Below, in pieces: positions 60,740 to 64,000 of a DNA stretch of 64,000 bases (position 1 is the first letter of the stretch; every line of letters begins with the position of its first letter). Both the position numbers and the translations under genes were made by a program. Origin of the DNA: Eledone cirrhosa (lineage: Eukaryota); assembly GCA_964016885.1 (NCBI GenBank), contig OZ024756.1, positions 2,852,001 through 2,916,000 of the forward strand. Reading direction: 5' to 3'. The notes below the pieces were generated by a model. That model was not told the DNA's origin. It searched no databases and saw only the letters and a program-made list of their open reading frames with translations.

Positions 60740-61290
60740 GAGGGGCTGGAGTGGTGGGGTGGAGGTGTAAGGTGGAGTGGTGGTGGAGTGGTGGTGTGCT
60801 GGTGTGGTTTGGTGGGGTGGACTGGTGGGGTGGTGCGGAGTGGTGCTGTGGAGTGGTAGGGTGGCGTGGTGGGGTGGATTGGTGGGGTGGTGATGGTGGT
60901 GGTGCTGAGGTGGGGTGGTGTGATAGGGTGGTGAGTTGCTGGTGCTGTGGAGTGGTGGGGTGGACTGGTGGGGTGGTACGGAGTGGTGCTGTGGAGTGGT
61001 AGGGTGGTGAGGTTGGGTGGATTTGTGGGGTGGTGGTGGTGGTGGTTGTGAGGTTGGGTGGTGTGGTGTGGTGGTGTGATGGGGTGGTGAGGTGCTGGTG
61101 CTGTGGATTGGTGGTGTGGTGGGGTGCACTGGTGGGGTGGTGCGGAGTGGTGCTGTGGAGTGGTAGGGTGGAATGGTGGGGTGGTGATGGTGTTGGTGCT
61201 GAGGTGGGGCGGTGTGCTGGTGGTGGAGTGGTGGGGATGGAGTGGTAGAGGCGGTGTGCTGGTGGTGGTGAGGTGGGACTCGAGTGGGCG
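60740..61290 (+). repeat. G/T-rich degenerate repeat (GGT/GGGGTGG), G-quadruplex-prone
   Basis: actggtggggtggtgcggagtggtgctgtggagtggtagggtgg recurs at ~60821, 60964 and 61128. Confidence 0.85.
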
Positions 61291-63986
61291 TGGTGTGCCA
61301 GGCGCCCAGTTTTCTCGGTCTTTGCTTGACCCAGGATTGCAGCTCGGTGAGTGAGACGAGTCTGGGAAAGGCTCGCCTCACAAACGGGGCCCACACCGGT
61401 TGACCGGAGAGGAATACCTGAAGGTGCCGTAGCCTTAATGCGTGTTTACGTATCATTAGCCACGTCATCCCCAGCCCTCCTTTCGAAGGGTGTTGACAGC
61501 AGATGGATCTCCTCACCATAGGAGCCCGCTTCTTCCAAAGGAATTGGAAGAGTGCGCGCTCCATTTTGGCGAGCGTTTCCCTTGGGCAAGGCACAACGGT
61601 CAGGTGGTAGTAGATGACGGACGCTATATAAGTGCTCGCCACCTCCGCCCGACCTTTCAGGGACAGTTTGCACTCGGCCCACTTCTGGGTCAGTGCAAAC
61701 ACCCTGTTCGTTACCTAACCCCAGTTCTTCTCCACCTGGTGGTCCGAACCAGACCCCGAGCAACTTCACCGGGCCCTCCGTCCAGCGCCCGACGACGCCA
61801 TCGGAGGGCATCGATCTGCCCCTCCACGTGCCGAGTTGTAGACCGATCGACTTGTCCCGGTTCAGCTTAGCCCCTTTAAACCTTTCGTACTCCTCCAGTA
61901 AGGTGCCGATGGCCCCGATTTCCGAGGCCGTCGACACTATTACTGTTACATCATCGGGGTAGGCTGACACCGCTTTCCGCAATCCCGGTTCCAACGGGAT
62001 ACCCTGCAACAACTCCAACTTCCGCAGCAGTGGCTCTAGAGTTATTACATACAGAAGGGAGGAGAGAGGGCACCCCTGTCGGATGGACCGCGCGATTTCG
62101 AACGGCTCCGAGAGGTAGCCCTTCATCTTGACCCTAGAGAAGATGCGGCTGCTGTGCATGGCATTGATCCAGCCCCTGAAAACGGGTCCGAAGCCTGCCG
62201 CCGCTAGCACCGCATCCAGGTAACCATGGTCGACCATATCGAATGCCTTAGATTGATCCAAGTTGATCAGGGCCCCACCAAAGCCGGGTTCGTTCCCAAC
62301 CCTCTCTATGATGTATCGCATGAGGTGGATGTTGTCGTGGATGGACCTGGACGGGATAGCACATGTCTGCGCATCTCCCACCAGGTTGCCCACGACAAGC
62401 GCTAACCTCTTTGCTAGCACCTTGGCCAAAATCTGTAACTCTGTATTTAGCAGAGTTATGGGCCTGAAATTATTTATATCGTCCCCCTTGTTCTCGTCCT
62501 TCCTCACTAGCGTGACTACGCCCTTGGTCACAGCACAGGGAATTCTCCCGTTCTGTTGCCAGTTGCAGTAGACCGCCTCGAGGAGATCGGAGAACAAGTC
62601 CGGCATAGCTAGATATAGTTCGTATGGAAGACCATCGAGACCCGGGGATTTGCGTTTGCCGCATTGGCTCAGCACGTCCTCTATCTCAGCGGCTGAAATC
62701 GGCTCCTCGCAGGACTTCGCCTCCCTGTCCGAGAGACGCAGCAGGCCGTCGAGGTATGGACCGAAGTCCACATCCCCAACCGGCCCCCCACCCCTTCCGA
62801 ACAATCCGGCAAAGTGCTTTTGAAAAGCCTTGCACATCTGCTTAGGTTCAATGATCACCCGTCCATCCTGGTCTCGCAAAGACCAGATAGTGGATTTGCT
62901 CCCTCTTTTGGCTTCTGTCATGCGGGCCCAGCTAACAGCTTTGGTCCCCTCGTTTCCCAGAGCACGTATTTTGCTTCGGACGATGCAGCCTTCGTTTTTC
63001 GCGTCGAAGAACTGGCCCAGGGCCGTTCTAGACGCTAGCACTCTGGCCACGTCGCCGCTTCTAATTGCCTCTTCTACACTATCTACCAACTCCCTTTCCT
63101 TCCTATTTCTATTTGAGGCTAACTCCTTACTAAATTCTATAGAGACTACTCTAATCTCTCTTTTGAGAGATACCCACCACCTGCTGTTGACGATGGCGCC
63201 CGTCAACCGCTCCTTAACTAAAGTGCTAATCCGGTCCCTGTAAGCCTTACTTGCCGGTAAGGACAAGTTGAGCTTCCAGTAACCGGGTCCCTGTCTATGA
63301 GTTCTGTCAAGGTTGACCATGCAGGTCACTAATTTGTGGTCTGAATAGCCAACCATGCGCATTTTTGGACAACTTAAAAAGTCCTTATCCTTAATTCTAA
63401 CTAAGAACCTATCTAGGTACGACCTCGATGATCCGCTACGATTTGCCCAAGTCCAGGTTGGCGCAGTCGGAAAATCTAGTCGATATCTATCGGCCAGGTC
63501 AAATCGACCGATTAACCCTTTGAGGCTATTACACCCCTCTCTATCGGGACAGGCCCCTACGTAGTCCCAGCGTGCATCTAGGATACCATTCCAGTCCCCC
63601 ACTAATAGCAAGGAGCGGGATGTCCCTAGAAATGTCTCCAGACGATGGAAGAAGTCCGGCCGCATTGACCCGAAAGGGCCGTAGGCGGCTACCAACCTAA
63701 ACGCTCCGCCTTTACCACTGCCAAGGTCCAGAACCACTAGTCGACCCTCCGGGTCCAAATGTACCATCTGTGTTGCGAGACCCAGATGTTTTTGCAGCAG
63801 AACGACAACCCCACCCCCACCTCCGGGCTGACAGAGAGATGCGTGCATCTCAAAGTCATCAAAGGTGGGGGCCAGCTGTCGCACGTTGCTGATCCGGGCC
63901 TCGCAAATAACCATCACATCTATACGTTGTGACCTGAGGTCATTTAGAAGCATTGCTTGCTTCCAAGTTCAGCCCAGGCCACGCGC
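61290..63986 (-). mobile_element. L1/Tx1-clade LINE ORF2 (APE endonuclease + RT), truncated and frameshifted
   Basis: ORF 61446-63953: GDWNGILD, YLDRFL, SDHKLV, GPGYWKLN, KSPGLDGLPYELY, FRPITLLNTE, LDQSKAFDMVDH, RQGCPLS, AYPDDV (YADD altered). A frameshift near 61740 continues into LSLKGRAEV..KGGLGM in ORF 60650-61702. The 5' end abuts (GATA)n. Confidence 0.93.
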
Positions 63987-64000
63987 ATAGATAGATAGAT

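Noticed and set aside
60650-61394. His/Pro/Thr-rich extensin- or mucin-like protein
   Set aside because: Read-through from the broken LINE into a low-complexity repeat that is open in several frames on both strands.
61490-63564. Plus-strand ORFs overlapping the LINE (and 49793-50442 over the PLE)
   Set aside because: Antisense shadows of GC-rich retroelement coding sequence.

Overview
Repeat-dominated eukaryotic (animal) genomic DNA with no recognisable intact host gene. The SINE sequences and dense (TA)n microsatellites suggest an octopus/cephalopod, but that is inferred from memory of repeat families, not from a search. Bases 211-38963 are one ~38.7-kb satellite of ~1,380 28-bp monomers with nested higher-order duplications, flanked by (GTT)-type low complexity. 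A 47-bp satellite occupies 41.2-44.3 kb. The 45-60 kb region is a (TA)n matrix holding a frameshifted Penelope-like element (RT + GIY-YIG) with inverted terminal repeats, several fold-back elements, SINEs and an RTE-like fragment. A Tx1/L1-type LINE ORF2 ends the window. The most notable item is a 4.8-copy, apparently identical 469-bp tandem array (46667-48905). Each unit carries a minimal type I hammerhead ribozyme with a palindromic, dimer-type stem III, i.e. a candidate retrozyme/circRNA-producing array, and it lies next to the Penelope element. Several other hammerhead motifs of the same design, some with a CCGANGA core variant, occur in unrelated neighbouring elements. All coordinates were counted by eye and may be off by a few bases.
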